Of a DNA stretch of 64,000 bases, positions 28,535-38,170 are shown one piece after another; the first letter of the stretch is position 1; each line of letters opens with the position of its first letter. Position numbers and translations under genes: made by a program. This DNA comes from an uncultured Planctomycetaceae bacterium (GTDB lineage: Bacteria; Planctomycetota; Phycisphaerae; SM23-33). The stretch lies in assembly GCA_964631565.1 (NCBI GenBank), contig CAZVYJ010000008.1:12192-76191 (forward strand). The letters are read 5' to 3'. The notes beneath the pieces are model-generated. The model ran no database searches, had not been told where the DNA came from, and saw only the letters and a list, made by a program, of their open reading frames with translations.

Positions 28535-29689
28535 ATGACCTTTGAGAAACCGACAATTTTTCTGTCTGCAGCCGAAGCCAGCGGCGATGAACACGCCGCA
28601 CGGCTGATACGCTCGCTTCGCAAGCGGCTGCCCGGCGCCCGTTTTGTCGGGGCGGCCGGCAAAAAGATGGCCGCCGAAGGGTGCGAAGTTCTCGTGGACC
28701 TTACCGAAACCGCCGACATGCTCGGCGGTCCGTTCCTGAAAATCGGCTACTGGATACGGACGGTCAAAAAACTCCAGCGTGAAATAAAAGCGATTCGCCC
28801 GGATATATATGTGCCGGTCGATTCGCCGGCGCTGAACTGGCATCTGGCCAAGGCTGCCAAAGCTGCCGGCTCGACGGTTGTTTACTTCATCGCTCCGCAG
28901 GTCTGGGCGTGGGCGACATGGCGGGTCAAGAAACTCGCCCGCCTTACCGACCATGTGGCCTGCATACTGCCGTTCGAGCAGGAATATCTCCGTCAGCGAG
29001 GCGTTAACGCCACGTATGTGGGGCATCCGCTGCTGGAGCAGCTTCCGGAAAGGCCTGCAAACCAGCCTGACATTCTCGAAGCGTGGGCTAACGGCAACTG
29101 GCAGATTGCGATGCTTCCGGGCAGCAGGCCGGGCGAGATTCATTACCATGCGCCGGCGCTGCTGGAAGTGCAGAAAAAAATACACAATCGCTGGCCCGAG
29201 GCGAAATGCATATTCACGATGCGGAATCAGCAGTCGGCCGATCTGCTGCAGAAGGCCTGCGGGCAGAACAATCTGGAAATCGCCGTCGGCAGGACTCATG
29301 AAGTGCTCGCCGGTTCGCACTTCGCCGTCGCAGCCAGCGGAACGGTAACGCTGGAGGTGGCGTATTTCGGCGTGCCGATGGTTATTTTCTACCGCGTCAA
29401 CCGATTCGGATATCCGCTGATATGGCCGATGATTCAGACGCCGCACCTGTCGCTGGTTAATATTCTTGCCGGTCGCCAGCTCGTGCCGGAACTCATGCCG
29501 TGGTACGGCAACAAGCGCATCGTCACCGACATGGTGATGGAAGTCATGGAAGACCCCGGCGGCATGCTCGACGCACGGCAGGCGCTTCTGGAAATGGTCG
29601 GCACGCTGGAAACTTCGCAGAAGGGTTCGGCGGCTGACAATGCTGCCGATATCGTAATCGCCGAACTCGAAAAACGCTGCGGCGTTTAG
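28535..29689 (+). CDS. lpxB: Lipid-A-disaccharide synthase
   Basis: IFLSAAEASGDEHAARLI...YFIAPQVWAWATWRVKKL...GHPLLE are GT19 LpxB motifs. Confidence 0.9.
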   Translation: MTFEKPTIFLSAAEASGDEHAARLIRSLRKRLPGARFVGAAGKKMAAEGCEVLVDLTETADMLGGPFLKIGYWIRTVKKLQREIKAIRPDIYVPVDSPALNWHLAKAAKAAGSTVVYFIAPQVWAWATWRVKKLARLTDHVACILPFEQEYLRQRGVNATYVGHPLLEQLPERPANQPDILEAWANGNWQIAMLPGSRPGEIHYHAPALLEVQKKIHNRWPEAKCIFTMRNQQSADLLQKACGQNNLEIAVGRTHEVLAGSHFAVAASGTVTLEVAYFGVPMVIFYRVNRFGYPLIWPMIQTPHLSLVNILAGRQLVPELMPWYGNKRIVTDMVMEVMEDPGGMLDARQALLEMVGTLETSQKGSAADNAADIVIAELEKRCGV

Positions 29690-30048
29690 GACACCGGCGA
29701 ACCGGGCGGGACTTCCCGGTCTATTGTGAGTACGACAACTCTCTGCGCGTCGCCTTCGCCGCTGGATGCCGCAAGCAGCATGCCGTGAGACTCGATGCCT
29801 CGCATCTTGCGGGGCTCCAGATTGGTGACGACCACAATCTCTTTGCCCAGAAGCGACTCATGGGCGTAATGTTTCTTGATTCCGGCGATTATCTGTCTCT
29901 GCTCGCCGCCTAAATCTATTTTCAGGCACAGCAGCTTGTCGGCGTTGGGATGGTCGGCGACCTCGATAATTTTGGCGACCCGCAGGTCGAGTTTTGCAAA
30001 ATCGTCGTATGTGATAACAGGTTTTTGCTCTGGCATTTGTTCAGACAT
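29686..30048 (-). CDS. tRNA-binding domain protein (CsaA / MetRS C-terminal EMAP-like)
   Basis: ITYDDFAKLDLRVAKIIEVADHPNADKLLCLKIDLGGEQRQIIAGIKKHY is the OB-fold tRNA-binding (Trbp111/CsaA) signature. ORF trimmed from 30999 to the Met at 30048. Confidence 0.75.
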   Translation of the reverse strand: MSEQMPEQKPVITYDDFAKLDLRVAKIIEVADHPNADKLLCLKIDLGGEQRQIIAGIKKHYAHESLLGKEIVVVTNLEPRKMRGIESHGMLLAASSGEGDAQRVVVLTIDREVPPGSPVS

Positions 30049-30168
30049 CGCAGCACCTTTCTTTGCATATGAAGCCGATGAGTGTATATGTTTAACACGG
30101 CGTGGGCAAGGCTGACGCTGGCAAATACGCCGGTTCGCAACTAAAATCTCCGGATAAGACCAAAAGTT

Positions 30169-31128
30169 ATGGACATTTACCCGTTTAAATTCAGGCCCAT
30201 ATACAAAGAGAAAATCTGGGGCGGCCGAAACCTGGAGCGGCTTTTCGGCCGCAGGCTGCCGCCGGAAAAACTCATCGGTGAAAGCTGGGAGCTTGCGGAC
30301 CTGCGGGAAGGCGTGAGCGTTCTCGCCAACGGCCCGCAGGCCGGCGCTTCGCTTACGGATCTTACGCGACAGCTTGGCGAAAAGCTGCTCGGCCGGGCCA
30401 GGCCGATGCCGGACGGCAGGTTCCCGCTGCTGCTGAAGCTGCTCGACGCGAACGACATTCTCTCGCTTCAGGTGCATCCCGACGCGGCCGCGGTCGCTAA
30501 AATCGGCGACGATGCAGCCTTGAAGACCGAATGCTGGTATATCGTCGAAAGCCGCCGCGGCATGATATACAAGGGTGTGCTGCCCGGCGTGTCGCCGGAG
30601 AAATTCCGCGAGGCTATTGAGACGGACACGGCTGCCGCCATCGAAAAAGTCGTTCGCCGCGTGAATGTTTCCACCGGCGATTTTCATTATCTGCCTGCCG
30701 GCACGGTGCACGCCCTTGGCGCCGGCGTGGTTGTGGCCGAGGTGCAGACTCCGTCGGACACGACATACCGGGTTACCGACTGGGGTCGAGGACGCGAAAT
30801 ACATGTAGAAAAGTCGATGCAGTGCATCCACTTCGCCCCGGCCGACGACGAATCGCCGGGTGCATCGGGCGAAACGCTCCTGGTCACAGACTTTTTCACT
30901 GTGGCTAAACGAGCCGTCCGGGCCGGCGAAAATGTTCCGCTGCCGGAAGGGCGATGCGCCGCCATGATGATGCTTTCCGGACGTGGGACAGTCGTGCACG
31001 GAGGGGCGGTCGAGCCGGCTGTGGATGTCGGCGGAGGCGATACTATACTGGTGCCCGCAGCGGCACTGCGGCCTGCAGTAAAGTCTGCAGGCTGCTGCTG
31101 GCTGGAAATAACACTACCAGAGGAATAA
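30169..31128 (+). CDS. Class I mannose-6-phosphate isomerase (cupin)
   Basis: YKEKIWGGRNLERL...GESWELADL...LLKLLDANDILSLQVHPD...YLPAGTVHALGAG are type I PMI motifs. Confidence 0.8.
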   Translation: MDIYPFKFRPIYKEKIWGGRNLERLFGRRLPPEKLIGESWELADLREGVSVLANGPQAGASLTDLTRQLGEKLLGRARPMPDGRFPLLLKLLDANDILSLQVHPDAAAVAKIGDDAALKTECWYIVESRRGMIYKGVLPGVSPEKFREAIETDTAAAIEKVVRRVNVSTGDFHYLPAGTVHALGAGVVVAEVQTPSDTTYRVTDWGRGREIHVEKSMQCIHFAPADDESPGASGETLLVTDFFTVAKRAVRAGENVPLPEGRCAAMMMLSGRGTVVHGGAVEPAVDVGGGDTILVPAAALRPAVKSAGCCWLEITLPEE

Positions 31129-31129
31129 C

Positions 31130-31873
31130 TTGGCTAAAGTACGAATACAAAAAGCGCTCGCCGCCGCAGGTGTCGCATCGCGGCGGAATATTGAGCAGAT
31201 GGTCGCCGAGAGGCGGATAACAGTTAACGGCAGCGTTATCACCGAACTGCCGTGCTTCATCGAGCCGGAGACGGATGACGTTCGCTGCGACGGCAGGAGA
31301 GTAAAGCTCCAGGCGGCGAGGAAACTATATTTCCTGCTGAACAAGCCCAAGGGCGTTGTCTGCACGCAGCACGACCCGCAGGGCCGGCCCACGGCTGTCG
31401 AACTGCTGCCCAAAACGGGCGAGCGGCTTTATTGCGTCGGCCGGCTTGATGTGGAAAGCACCGGCATCATACTGCTGACGAACGACGGCGAACTTACCGA
31501 GCGCCTGACGCATCCGCGGTACGGCGTCGCCAAAACGTATGTGGTCGAGGTGGACGGCTGCCCTGAAGCCCAGCAGATAGAAGCGATCAAGAAAGGCGTG
31601 TATCTCGACGGCGTGCGAACCAAGCAGGCGGCAGGCGTCAAGGTGCTGCATCGCGGCGTAAAGCAGAGCGTGCTTGAGGTTCATCTTACTGAATCGCGGA
31701 ACCGCGAGATACGCCGCCTGCTGGCATTCCTGGGGCACAGGGTTCGCCGCCTCAGGCGGGTGGCTATCGGACCCGTGACCGATAAGGGACTGAAAGTCGG
31801 CGGCTTCCGCCAGCTCAAGCCGGCGGAAGTAGCCAAACTTGCGGCATGCAGCAAAGGCGAATCTGCGAAATAA
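31130..31873 (+). CDS. rRNA pseudouridine synthase (RsuA/RluB family) with N-terminal S4 domain
   Basis: TTG start. S4 domain (RIQKALAAAGVASRR), then the catalytic VGRLDVESTGIILLTNDGEL motif. Confidence 0.85.
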   Translation: MAKVRIQKALAAAGVASRRNIEQMVAERRITVNGSVITELPCFIEPETDDVRCDGRRVKLQAARKLYFLLNKPKGVVCTQHDPQGRPTAVELLPKTGERLYCVGRLDVESTGIILLTNDGELTERLTHPRYGVAKTYVVEVDGCPEAQQIEAIKKGVYLDGVRTKQAAGVKVLHRGVKQSVLEVHLTESRNREIRRLLAFLGHRVRRLRRVAIGPVTDKGLKVGGFRQLKPAEVAKLAACSKGESAK

Positions 31874-31893
31874 GTAAAATGGAGACTGGGAGT

Positions 31894-33360
31894 ATGACGA
31901 AGCCACATAACTTTCTGGCGATGGACCTCGGTGCAGAGAGCGGCAGGGGGGAGTTGGTGACCCTTACCGGCCACAAGGTTGAGATGAAGGAAATCCACCG
32001 GTTCGCGAATCGTCCCGTCCGGCTGGGAAACACATTGTACTGGGACTTTCTTTCGCTTTATGCTGAAATAATACAATGTCTGAAAATCTGCGCCGCCCGC
32101 GGCATCAGCCTTGACAGCATCAGCGTCGATACGTGGGGCGTGGACTTCGGGCTGCTGGACGACGACGGCGAACTGCTCGGCAACCCTGTGCATTATCGCG
32201 ACAGCAGGACCGAGGGCATCCATAGCTATTCAAACCCTGTAATGTCCACGGATGACATTTTCGCCGCAACCGGGTATGAGCCGTGGGCCATCAGCTCGCT
32301 GTTCCAGCTTCTCTCGATGCAGCGGGACAAATCGCCGCTGCTGAAGTCGGCCAGGGCGTTTCTGAACATGCCCGACCTGTTTTTGTATTTCCTTACCGGT
32401 ATCAAGGCCAACGAACTGTCCATAGTCAACACGTCCAACCTGCTTGGTGTGGACTGCCGGTGGGCGAAGGACATCATCAGCCGCTTCAAACTGCCGCAGA
32501 TGTTCGGCCGGCTTGTCAGCCCGGCGACGGTGCTCGGTCCGCTCCAGCAGTCCGTTCGCACCGAAACCGGCCTGGGCGAAGTGCCGGTCATCGCGTCGTG
32601 CGGGCACGACACGTCGGCCGCTGTCGCCGCAGTGCCCGGGCAGGGCGATAACTGGGCGTTTCTGAGCTGCGGCACATGGAGCATCATCGGGGCTCTCATC
32701 GAAAAGCCGATAGCGACCCGGCGATGCCTGGAACTCGGCTTCACCAATGAATACACAATCGGCGGCTGGTATCTCGGCAGGAACATTCTGGGGCTGTGGC
32801 TCATTCAGCAGCTCCGGGCGAAGTGGAATAGCGACTCGTCGCCGCTGGATTATCCCCGGATGGCGAAGGAAGCCGCTGAGGCCGGATCCGGTCCGCTTAT
32901 CGACGCCGCACACGACTCGCTGATGGCTCCGGCGGATATGGAAGAAGCATTGCTGAAGCTCATCAAAGCAAGCGGCCAGAAGGCCCCGGCGACCCGCGGC
33001 GAGCTTATACGCGGCGTTCTGGACAGCCTGGCGCTGGAATACAACTGGCGGCTGGACTCGATAGGCGAATTGACCGGCTCCAGGCCGACGGCCGTCTATA
33101 TGGTCGGCGGCGGCATTCACAACAAGCTGCTGTGCCAGCTTACCGCCAACGCCTGCGGCGTAGCTGTTCACGCAGGGGCCGATCAGTGCAGCGCGCTCGG
33201 CAACGCACTGGGACAGGCCCTTGCGCTGGGCATACTCAAAGACCCGGAGGAAATCCGCCAGGTCATGCGGGCTTCGTTCGAGACTACGGTCTACCAGCCT
33301 GAGAACCAGAACGTCTGGAACGAGAAACGCAGGCGGTACGCGGAATTCAGGAAGGCCTGA
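31894..33360 (+). CDS. rhaB: Rhamnulokinase (FGGY carbohydrate kinase)
   Basis: AMDLGAESGRG, EIHRF, DTWGVDF, YRDSRT, CGHDTSAAVAAVP, SCGTWSIIG and NILGLWLIQQ are collinear with E. coli RhaB motifs. Confidence 0.8.
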   Translation: MTKPHNFLAMDLGAESGRGELVTLTGHKVEMKEIHRFANRPVRLGNTLYWDFLSLYAEIIQCLKICAARGISLDSISVDTWGVDFGLLDDDGELLGNPVHYRDSRTEGIHSYSNPVMSTDDIFAATGYEPWAISSLFQLLSMQRDKSPLLKSARAFLNMPDLFLYFLTGIKANELSIVNTSNLLGVDCRWAKDIISRFKLPQMFGRLVSPATVLGPLQQSVRTETGLGEVPVIASCGHDTSAAVAAVPGQGDNWAFLSCGTWSIIGALIEKPIATRRCLELGFTNEYTIGGWYLGRNILGLWLIQQLRAKWNSDSSPLDYPRMAKEAAEAGSGPLIDAAHDSLMAPADMEEALLKLIKASGQKAPATRGELIRGVLDSLALEYNWRLDSIGELTGSRPTAVYMVGGGIHNKLLCQLTANACGVAVHAGADQCSALGNALGQALALGILKDPEEIRQVMRASFETTVYQPENQNVWNEKRRRYAEFRKA

Positions 33361-33420
33361 AATCCGGCTTTACCGGCGGGGCGGCTGGAGAACAGTCAAC
33401 TCCCCGGATTTGACAGGCGC

Positions 33421-33459
33421 AAAAAAGCGGCCCACCGGTGGTAGGGATACCGGCGGGCC
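33421..33459 (-). terminator. Rho-independent terminator for the PEP-CTERM gene (minus strand)
   Basis: Reverse complement shows hairpin GGCCCGCCGG-tatccctacca-CCGGTGGGCC followed by GCTTTTTTGCGCC. Confidence 0.5.
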
Positions 33460-33489
33460 TTATCTTGCCTGCGCTACTAGCCGTACTTC

Positions 33490-34890
33490 TTAACGTTTCC
33501 GGCGAACGCGACGCAAGAGGACTGTAACTCCGCCGAAGCCAAGAATGGCCAGCGTAGTCGGCTCGGGAACGATGTTCACGCGAGCTATGTAGATTCTGTT
33601 CTCCGGGAACCATATCCAGAGATCTTCGTTTTCAAGGTCATTCGGGTCTTTCCAGACGAGCATGCCGTCGACCACGTAGAAGCGTATCGCTCTGGGATTC
33701 GTCTGCTGCGTGCCGGAAGCCCCGACAATCGAATCGCCGAAATCGTAGAAAACCACGGTCTCGATGCCTTCCAGCGTGGCGTCAGACAGGTCGATACGTA
33801 TAACCTGCTGCTGAGCCCAGTTGTTCAGCTCGGGGTCGTAATCGGTGTATCCCGACAGGCCGGCTATAACGCCGCCGTCCGTGGAGGTCGAGTCGTAAGA
33901 CGAACGATCCTGGAAAGCGTCCTGATAGAGATAAGGAGTCACGCCGTCATCCTCGACCAGGTTGGCTGCAATTTCGCTTGGTGTCTTGTCGGCATAAATT
34001 GCGCCGGCAACGTTGTTCGGGTCGACTTCGTACTGATTCATCGAAGCGACGAGTGCGTTGAACTGAGCCTCGGTCAGGCCCTTTTCGGTCGCATAAGCTA
34101 TGTTGCTGGCATAATCGTAGGTGCCGGTGGCTTCATTGAAGACCGGAGGCTGGAAGGTCTCATACTCCTTAGCCAGCGAGCTGATATCGTTGGAGCACGA
34201 AATGCTAGGATTGGAAACGCTGTCCTGAACTCCATCCTGGCCGAACTCCACTTGATACGTGCCGGCGCCGTCATGGACGTAAATGTCCATGGCTACATCG
34301 GTGGTGACGCCGGAACTATGCTGATACTGGCCGTTTTCATCCTTCACGACCTTGTTGCTGACCCAGCCCAGGCAGTAGCCGTTCTTGTTTATGTTGCGTT
34401 CCTTCAGCATTTCCTTCTGGTTTGGGGTAAGGTTCGGATCGCTGTCGTAGAAACTGGTGAAATCGTTGTTGTCGAACTGGCTGTAGCTCATGTAGAAGGT
34501 GAGCTGATTTTTTTCCATCGGCAGCCAGAAGTTCGGTGAACTGTGGTCCGTGGTCCACGCGCCGTTGATGGGGGCGCTTGGGATATCATCAGTCTCGTCA
34601 TCATAAGTGAAATACCCGCCGTAGGGATTGATGCTGCCGTCGCTGTAGTTGTGCTGGCTGTGGGATGAAATCGCCGTCCACCAGTTCTGGAAGGTGTCTA
34701 TCATCGTGTCGCCGGGATCGAGAATGCCGTCGGTCACGTTATCGTTGTAGATATACCATGTCGTGACGTAATCAGTACGCAGATCCCGCCATGAATCTAC
34801 AGTTAACGGTTCTTTGAGGTTTGCTGCGGAAGCCGTCCCGTAACTGACGAGAACAGCTCCAAGAAGTGCAATCCCTACCATTTTCTTGAG
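33490..34890 (-). CDS. PEP-CTERM sorting-domain secreted protein (Asp/Asn/Tyr/Thr-rich)
   Basis: Signal peptide MLKKMVGIALLGAVLVSYGTASA. C-terminal VPEPTTLAILGFGGVTVLLRRVRRKR is the PEP motif plus TM plus basic tail. Confidence 0.75.
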   Translation of the reverse strand, partial: LKKMVGIALLGAVLVSYGTASAANLKEPLTVDSWRDLRTDYVTTWYIYNDNVTDGILDPGDTMIDTFQNWWTAISSHSQHNYSDGSINPYGGYFTYDDETDDIPSAPINGAWTTDHSSPNFWLPMEKNQLTFYMSYSQFDNNDFTSFYDSDPNLTPNQKEMLKERNINKNGYCLGWVSNKVVKDENGQYQHSSGVTTDVAMDIYVHDGAGTYQVEFGQDGVQDSVSNPSISCSNDISSLAKEYETFQPPVFNEATGTYDYASNIAYATEKGLTEAQFNALVASMNQYEVDPNNVAGAIYADKTPSEIAANLVEDDGVTPYLYQDAFQDRSSYDSTSTDGGVIAGLSGYTDYDPELNNWAQQQVIRIDLSDATLEGIETVVFYDFGDSIVGASGTQQTNPRAIRFYVVDGMLVWKDPNDLENEDLWIWFPENRIYIARVNIVPEPTTLAILGFGGVTVLLRRVRRKR

Positions 34891-35541
34891 CATTGAGCAT
34901 GACATTTGAGCGTCTCCTTTGAGCTCCTTGTGCATATATCAAGCTTATATAAGCAAGACTCTCTCTAAAAAAGAGTGCTTAGAATGCCCCAAATATTTGA
35001 GCCGGGGCCTCGAAAATTCTCCTGTTCAAAGAAAGCATGTAAACCAGAAGGGGGCGAGCCCGGAGAGCAATTTCCTGCAGCTTGAGCCTTGCTGCAACAC
35101 GGCCGCCTGAGCGACGACCATATATACGCTCTCCAACTCCGTCTCCTACCATTAGAATCCTATCCGACAATCTCATAACTGTCAAGGATAAACACACGTT
35201 AATAATGCCTTTTTCGGCAACTTATGTATCGGACTTACCATGTGGCAGCATAATGAGCCAATATGTTTGGGGCGTGCGTTGAAAAAACCGCGAAAGCCGC
35301 CTAAATCCCATGCCGTTTAGGTCATGTGGCGTCGAACCGCCAATTAAAAGCCGCCAAACCCAACGTCCGATAATATATGTTATGTGACACTCCGTGTGAC
35401 ATAGCGGGCAGAAATCGGCTATCCCGATAAATGCGCCCTTGGATCGGTATACCCCAACCTCTATTTGCCTCCATCTACTTTTATTGTACATTTTCCCCGG
35501 ACTGCATGACGGACATGTCGTAAAGATATTCTTCAGATTTT

Positions 35542-36570
35542 TCAGGCCGGTTTTGGGCTGTCTGCGGCCACATCCCCGTCAAATCTTGGTACGACGCGTA
35601 ATCCGGCGTCTTTTATCATCCTGAGGTCGTCTTCCGGCCTGCGGCCTGTCGTGGTCAAATAGTTGCCTATCAGGGCGCTTGTCGCGCCGGCGTAGAAACA
35701 CCAGCTCTGAAGGTCCCTTAGATTGACGTCTCTGCCGCCGGCCATCTTCAGGTCGACTTTTGGCATGGCCAGACGGAATATGGCTATCGTCGAGAGTATC
35801 TCCATCGGCGGCATCGGCTTTACGTCGGCCAGCGGCGTGCCTTTTATGGGATGCAGGAAATTCAGCGGTATCATGTCGGGTTTGACATCATCCCGCAGCG
35901 TCAGGGCCAGGTCCACACGGTCAGCCCAGGTTTCGCCCATGCCGAACAGCCCGCCGCAGCATATTTTCATGCCTGCCCGGCGAGCGGTTGCCAGGGTTGC
36001 GAGCCGGTCGTCATATTTGTGCGTCGTGACGACTTCCGGATAAAACCGGCGTGAAGTTTCCAGATTATGGTGATATCTGGTCACTCCGGCAGCCGCGAGC
36101 GCAGCTGCGTCTTCCTCACTTAATTCACCCAGGGATGCACAAACCTCCACGCGACAGGCTGAATTGCCCCTGATTGCCTCGACGGTTCTGATAACATCCC
36201 TGATATCCTGTTTCGTGGGTCTGCGGCCGGAATTGACGATTCCGAAGCTGGACGCGCCCACAGCGGACGCATCAGCCGCGGCGTTTTCAATTTGGCCACA
36301 GGCGGGGCGTTCGGGTTTGACGACTCCGGGCGCGGAGATGCCCGACTGGGCGCACCATTTGCAGTCTTCGCTGCATGCGCCGAGCTTTCCGGCCGCTATT
36401 GAGCAAAGACGTACTGCGTCGCCGAAATGGGCGGTTCGCACCATCCATGCCCAATAAAACAGGTCGTGCGGCCGATTTTGCGACAACTCGGCAAGCTTTA
36501 ACAGTTCGGGGCGGTTAAGGTGCTCGCCTTCGAGCACCCGCCGCCCCATATGGGCTATAGTCTCATTCAC
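35542..36570 (-). CDS. bioB: Biotin synthase (radical SAM)
   Basis: CSEDCKWC (CxxxCxxC) and BioB-like downstream motifs. Confidence 0.9.
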   Translation of the reverse strand: MNETIAHMGRRVLEGEHLNRPELLKLAELSQNRPHDLFYWAWMVRTAHFGDAVRLCSIAAGKLGACSEDCKWCAQSGISAPGVVKPERPACGQIENAAADASAVGASSFGIVNSGRRPTKQDIRDVIRTVEAIRGNSACRVEVCASLGELSEEDAAALAAAGVTRYHHNLETSRRFYPEVVTTHKYDDRLATLATARRAGMKICCGGLFGMGETWADRVDLALTLRDDVKPDMIPLNFLHPIKGTPLADVKPMPPMEILSTIAIFRLAMPKVDLKMAGGRDVNLRDLQSWCFYAGATSALIGNYLTTTGRRPEDDLRMIKDAGLRVVPRFDGDVAADSPKPA

Positions 36571-36615
36571 GTTTCTGCAACTCCGGGGCCCTTTTCCCGG
36601 CCCCCTGCCGCTTTT

Positions 36616-36909
36616 TTAACGTTCAGCCGCCTTGCTGAATTCCTTCTCGAGGTCGATCACGTCGACCGGCTTCATCGCGTTGGTATTGATGTCGCCTATA
36701 TAGGCGATCAGTCTGCCCTGTACGACGTCGATGACATATATCAGGTCTTTTGAAGTCGAAATATTGCCGTTGATCATTATGTAATCGCCGGCTCTCGACG
36801 GCGACTCCGCATAAGCGGGTTCGGTGTTATAAGAGGCAATGAACAGGCCCGCAAGAACGGCAGCCGAAACAAGCAGCAACGCTATTGTGATGTTCTGTGG
36901 ATTTTTCAT
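36616..36909 (-). CDS. Small secreted/membrane-anchored protein, paralog 1 (unknown family)
   Basis: N-terminal hydrophobic anchor. The core GDYIMINGNISTSKDLIYVIDVVQGRLIAY...KPVDVIDLEKEF parallels the neighbouring ORF. Confidence 0.5.
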   Translation of the reverse strand: MKNPQNITIALLLVSAAVLAGLFIASYNTEPAYAESPSRAGDYIMINGNISTSKDLIYVIDVVQGRLIAYIGDINTNAMKPVDVIDLEKEFSKAAER

Positions 36910-36935
36910 TTTGTGTTCTCCTTAGGCTGCCCGCT

Positions 36936-37235
36936 TTAGCGAGTCTTCTTTTTCTCGGGTGTGCCGAAATCGTTCTTGAGGTCCTGCAGCCTGAACGGTT
37001 TCAGCTTGCCTGACGTGCCGCGCTGTTCGAATCGCCAGCCCAGCATGCTTCTGGACGCCGTGTCGATGACATAAATGGCGTCCACGTTGGTCTGTATCTT
37101 GCCTGTCACCACCAGGTAGTCCGTGCCGCCCCTGACGGCCTGAGCATTAGCCTTTTCCGCTCCTGTGCCGAATATCAACGCCGCAAGCATCGCGACATTG
37201 ACGCAAGCAAGAGCCACTATAGCCGCTCTTTTCAT
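36936..37235 (-). CDS. Small secreted/membrane-anchored protein, paralog 2 (unknown family)
   Basis: MKRAAIVALACVNVAMLAALIFG signal. GTDYLVVTGKIQTNVDAIYVIDTASRSMLGW...KPFRLQDLKNDF is collinear with paralog 1. Confidence 0.5.
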   Translation of the reverse strand: MKRAAIVALACVNVAMLAALIFGTGAEKANAQAVRGGTDYLVVTGKIQTNVDAIYVIDTASRSMLGWRFEQRGTSGKLKPFRLQDLKNDFGTPEKKKTR

Positions 37236-37351
37236 ATTTTGTTCTCCTTTGCATGTCTGCATAAAGGTTGTCTTGCTTATCTCACATTCCTATAGACACA
37301 TTACTGTGAGCCACGGATAGTGCCGAACGGGAAAATTTCCCGCCGGCGCCC

Positions 37352-37582
37352 CTAGTCCAGATGCGTCCGCTTCGTGTTTTTGAAAGCGACAAAGCACACT
37401 GCCGCCAGGGCGACCAATGTGTATACCAGGGCGATCCACATGTTTGATGCTGACGTAGTTGTTTCGGCGGGAATTTCCTGGTTGATCAGATCGACATCGG
37501 TGGCGGCCAACAGCGGCCCTGCCGGCGGCAACGTGAGAATCGCCGCAATCAGGACTGTTTTTATTTTTTTGAAGATACTCAT
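37352..37582 (-). CDS. Small two-TM membrane protein (hypothetical)
   Basis: 76 aa. TM helices at residues 9-30 and 48-68. Confidence 0.4.
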   Translation of the reverse strand: MSIFKKIKTVLIAAILTLPPAGPLLAATDVDLINQEIPAETTTSASNMWIALVYTLVALAAVCFVAFKNTKRTHLD

Positions 37583-37631
37583 GTCAGTTGATTATATCCC
37601 CCGGGAAGGCATTTGCAACGCTCGCCCCGCC

Positions 37632-38156
37632 TCACTGAAGAAATGATGCAATGTCCGACACTCCTTTTGCGAACTCCGCCTTGGGCACGGAGATGGTCTG
37701 CCATTTATCGCTTCGCGGCCTGGCCGCCGCCACATAATCGCCCAGGGGCATCGCAACGAAGGCGTAATGCTTCTGGCGGAACAGGTGCACATCCTCGAAC
37801 GGCCCCTGCTGCGGAGACCCCTGGAGCCAGTATGCAAAGACCAGGACGGCCTTAAAGCCCGGCGAAAAAACTTTCTCCCACTCGGCCAAACCCTCGAAGT
37901 CATCGCGGGTAATCCAGTTTTCCCACGCCCTGCTGGCGCCGCGTTTGGCGCCCGGGACGGCCGAAGGAAACTTGCGGCCCTTCACGTCGACCAGCAGATT
38001 GTCGCCGGTTTCGCTGTAGACAAGGAAGTCGAAACTCTTCAGCGACGCGCCGGCGAAAATGGCTTTCTTGGTTTCGTCGACGGCCACGTAGGGCCAGCCC
38101 TTCGCCCGCAGGTAGTCTTCAAAGGCTGCTTCATAATGTACGCTGCGCTGTGCCAT
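37632..38156 (-). CDS. HYExAFE family protein (probable PD-(D/E)xK nuclease-fold protein)
   Basis: N-terminal HYEAAFEDYLRAKGWPY. The segment DFLVYSETGDNLLVDVKGRK fits a D...(D/E)xK motif. Confidence 0.7.
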   Translation of the reverse strand: MAQRSVHYEAAFEDYLRAKGWPYVAVDETKKAIFAGASLKSFDFLVYSETGDNLLVDVKGRKFPSAVPGAKRGASRAWENWITRDDFEGLAEWEKVFSPGFKAVLVFAYWLQGSPQQGPFEDVHLFRQKHYAFVAMPLGDYVAAARPRSDKWQTISVPKAEFAKGVSDIASFLQ

Positions 38157-38170
38157 AAGCCCCCGTAACA

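Noticed and set aside
28031-29446. 471-aa minus-strand ORF opposite acpS/lpxB
   Set aside because: The plus-strand genes carry canonical AcpS and LpxB motifs. The antisense ORF has no motif and a biased RP-rich composition.
29686-30999. Full 437-aa ORF on the minus strand
   Set aside because: Only the last 120 residues form a coherent tRNA-binding (CsaA-like) domain starting at a Met (30048). The upstream part is antisense to the well-supported class I PMI gene, so I trimmed it.
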